Source: Eledone cirrhosa
Taxonomy: Eukaryota
Length of the DNA: 64,000 bases
Assembly (NCBI GenBank): GCA_964016885.1
Contig: OZ024755.1
Location: 25,172,001 to 25,236,000 of the forward strand
Reading direction: 5' to 3'
The notes beneath the pieces are model-generated. The model worked only from the letters and a program-made list of their open reading frames with translations, had not been told where the DNA came from and searched no databases. The position numbers were made by a program, and so were the translations under genes. Shown one piece after another: positions 60,472 through 64,000 of this stretch (within the stretch, counting starts at the first letter, position 1; every line of letters starts with the position of its first letter).

Positions 60472-61852
60472 TATTGTTGGTATAACACCTCACACCTATG
60501 TAGGTTTAGGTCATCTGTTGTTGGTATAACACCTCACACCTGTGTAGGTTTAGGTCATCTGTTGTTGGTATAACAGCTCACACCTGTGTAGGTTTATCAT
60601 CTGTTGTTGGTATAACAGCTCACACCTATGTAGATTTAGGTCGTCTATGTTGTTGGTATAACAGCACACACCTGTGTAGATTTAGGTCGTCTATGTTGTT
60701 GGTATAACAGCACACACCTGTGTAGGTTTATCATCTGTTGTTGGTATAACACCTCACACCTGTGTAGGTTTATCATCTGTTGTTGGTATAACACCTCACA
60801 CCTGTGTAGATTTAGGTCGTCTATGTTGTTGGTATAACACCTCACACCTATGTAGATTTATCATCTGTTGTTGGTATAACACCTCACACCTGTGTAGGTT
60901 TAGGTCATCTGTTGTTGGTATAACAGCTCACACCTATGTAGGTTTAGGTCATCTGTTGTTGGTATAACAGCACACACCTGTGTAGGTTTAGGTCATCTGT
61001 TGTTGGTATAACAGCTCACACCTATGTAGGTTTAGGTCATCTGTTGTTGGTATAACAGCTCACACCTGTGTAGGTTTAGGTCATCTGTTGTTGGTATAAC
61101 AGCTCACACCTATGTAGATTTAGGTCGTCTATGTTGTTGGTATAACACCTCACACCTGTGTAGATTTAGGTCGTCTATGTTGTAGGTATAACAGCTCACA
61201 CCTATGTAGATTTATCATCTGTTGTTGGTATAACAGCTCACACCTGTGTAGGTTTAGGTCATCTGTTGTTGGTATAACAGCTCACACCTATGTAGGTTTA
61301 GGTCATCTGTTGTTGGTATAACAGCACACACCTGTGTAGGTTTAGGTCATCTGTTGTTGGTATAACAGCTCACACCTATGTAGATTTATCATCTGTTGTT
61401 GGTATAACAGCTCACACCTATGTAGGTTTATCATCTGTTGTTGGTATAACAGCTCACACCTATGTAGGTTTATCATCTGTTGTTGGTATAACACCTCACA
61501 CCTATGTAGATTTAGGTCGTCTATGTTGTAGGTATAACAGCTCACACCTATGTAGGTTTATCATCTGTTGTTGGTATAACAGCTCACACCTATGTAGATT
61601 TATCATCTGTTGTTGGTATAACAGCTCACACCTATGTAGATTTATCATCTGTTGTTGGTATAACAGCTCACACCTGTGTAGATTTATCATCTGTTGTTGG
61701 TATAACAGCACACACCTGTGTAGGTTTAGGTCGTCTATGTTGTTGGTATAACAGCACACACCTGTGTAGATTGATCATCTGTTGTTGGTATAACACCTCA
61801 CACCTGTGTAGGTTTAGGTCGTCTGTGTTATAACAGCTCACACCTATGTAGA
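60472..61852. repeat. ~40-44-bp minisatellite, ~30 copies (TGTTGTTGGTATAACAGCTCACACCT(A/G)TGTAG(G/A)TTTA..)
   Basis: Head-to-tail units in a few recurring variants; a diverged relative array is at ~61995-62585. Confidence 0.95.
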
Positions 61853-62713
61853 TAACTGTTGCTTGTGGTGGTGATAGGATTAGCAGTATCTTGTCAATCT
61901 TGTCGATCTTATCAATACTCCCAAACCCGCGGTGTGGATGCTCTTACGATAATAAGAAGAAGACCTAAGTAGATTTAACTTGACTCTTATCTTGTCACAG
62001 CTCACGCCTATGTAGGTTTAGTTGATCTCCTATGTTGTAGTCACAGCTCATACCTATGTAAGTTTAACCGGCATCCTATGTTGTTGTTACAGCTCACACA
62101 ATGTAGGTCTAGCTGGTTGTCCTGTTGTTGTTCCTGTTACAGCTTACACCTGTATAGCTTTAACTGGCCTCATATGTTGTCACAGCTCACACCAATGTAG
62201 GTCTAGCTGGTTGTCCTGTTGTTGTTGTTGCTGTTCTATCTCACACCTGTATAGCTTTAACCGACCTCATATGTTGTTACAGCTCACACCAATGTAGGTC
62301 GAGCTGCTTGTCCTGTTGTTGTTCCTGTTACAGCTTACACCTATATAGGTTTAGTTGGTCTCCTATGTTGTTACAGCTCACACCTATGTAGGTTTAGCTG
62401 CTTGTCCTGTTGTTGTTACTGTTATATCGCACACCTGTATAGTTTAACTGGCCTCATATGTTGTTACAGCTCACACCTATGTAGGTTTAGCTGGTTGTCC
62501 TGTTGTTGTTGCTGTTATATCGCACACCTGTATAGTTTAACTGGCCTCATATGTTGTTACAGCTCACACCTATGTAGGTTTAGCTGCCCTCTCATTGTTG
62601 CATAGTTTTTTGTATTTTAATAAGAGGGTCCTCGGTCCTATCATATATGGTGTATATATGTGTGTATGGATGTATGTATGAGTATGTATGAGTATGTGTG
62701 TGTATGTATGTAC

Positions 62714-62827
<114 letters not shown>

Positions 62828-63149
62828 TTACAAAATTATTATTTAAAACACCACAATTCAGAAGTGTTTGTATGTATGTATGTTTGTATGTATATATATA
62901 TGTATGTATGATGTATGTATATATAAATATCTGTTTGTAGATGTCTAACTCTCTGTATATCGAGCTAACTTTCTATTCACAAGAAGATTTCAAATCACAA
63001 CAAAGTGTAAACATATTCAAGTCATTAAAGTACACTATAGTGCAGACACGTTAGAGCACCGAACTACGCACCTTGTGTCATTTTGTTACGTCATTTCATA
63101 TCAAATGTGTTCTGAATTCAAATCATGGCGTGTGTAGCATTAGTTTCGT

Positions 63150-63553
63150 CTGGATTGGCAGTATCGGTAGAATGAAGGACAACATGCTTTGCGGCATATA
63201 GTTACAACCCTTTATGTTCTGAGCGCAAATACCGCCGATAATAACTTTACGAGGTCGATAAAATAAAGGAACATTAACACTGATTTAATCGACTTTTCCT
63301 TTCCCTTCCAATTGTTGGCCTTCTACAAAACAGAAACAATTATTTTCTATATTTCTATAATGGAGGTGGAGTGGCAGTATCAGTAGAGGGTTTGACGCCA
63401 TGCTCTGCAGCATAGGAGTTATGGCCCTTCACGTTCTGAGTTCAAATCCCGCTGAGGTTAACTTTGCCTTTCATCCTTATGGGGTCGATAAAATAAAGTA
63501 CCAGTAATGCACTGGGACAATTGCTGGCCTTGTGCCAAAAGTAGAAACAATTA
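63150..63553 (+). mobile_element. Two tandem SINE A copies
   Basis: Heads at ~63151 and ~63365; both are followed by TATTTTCTATATTT. Confidence 0.85.
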
Positions 63554-63574
63554 TTTTCTATATTTGTTTCATAA

Positions 63575-63807
63575 CTCTTTAGCATATAAACTGGCCCTAT
63601 ACGGCCAGTTTAAATTAAATTCTTTCACTCCTTTTTGTTCAAACCAGCCGTAAACAGCCACTCATACTGATGTTAAGGTATTATTCTCAAAATAAATAAC
63701 ATCATCAAAATCTCGTAGCTTTGATAGTATGCAAGATGATTATATATGATAAACCCTTTACAGTGAAAATACAATAGTAAATATAGAGTAATGTAGATGC
63801 TACAGGA
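63575..63807. mobile_element. piggyBac-like MITE, second copy (inverted relative to 11880-12101)
   Basis: Shared CTGATGTTAA.GTATT.TTCTCAAAATAAA; ends in TTAA. Confidence 0.65.
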
Positions 63808-64000
63808 TTAATATATGATATCATACAAGCACAGCCATGTTTTCTCAAACACGTGGTATTTCTTGTAAGGGCCTTCTACTATAGTCTCCACCTATAGAGT
63901 GGAATTTAGTAGACGGAAAGTGGGTAGAAACCAGTCTTATAAATGTGTGTATCTGTGTTTGTTTATGTCCAGTAAATTAACGGTTCGACAAAAAGAGTTC

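Noticed and set aside
60472-61852. CRISPR-like array
   Set aside because: Units are contiguous with no unique spacers; eukaryotic context; no cas genes.

Overview
Eukaryotic, very repeat-rich DNA, most consistent with an octopod cephalopod. The taxon is inferred from the SINE families and the huge (TA)n/(TG)n/(TACA)n tracts. Nearly all ORFs in the supplied track are microsatellite artefacts and no host protein-coding gene can be named; there is one possible exon at the left edge. Firm features are an intact tRNA-Glu(CTC), about 25 tRNA-derived SINE copies of two main families, LINE fragments (RTE, Tx1/L1-like, R4/Dong-like), a deleted mariner, hAT-like and piggyBac-like MITEs, and several minisatellites. 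The main hidden structure is more than 25 short elements from 8 or more sequence-unrelated families, inserted in (TA)n tracts. Most are fold-back palindromes with a unique 3' tail, and many carry minimal type I hammerhead ribozymes with palindromic loop III, the hallmark of Penelope-like retroelement termini. Across these families I see two shared, covarying RNA features that I do not recognise as described. One is a 3'-tail hairpin ACUC-stem...stem-UN-GAGU lying about 40-80 nt from the element end. The other is a C mismatch at position 4 of hammerhead stem II. The dominant SINE also shares its 3' end with an R4/Dong-like LINE. All structures were paired by eye; no folding or database search was run.
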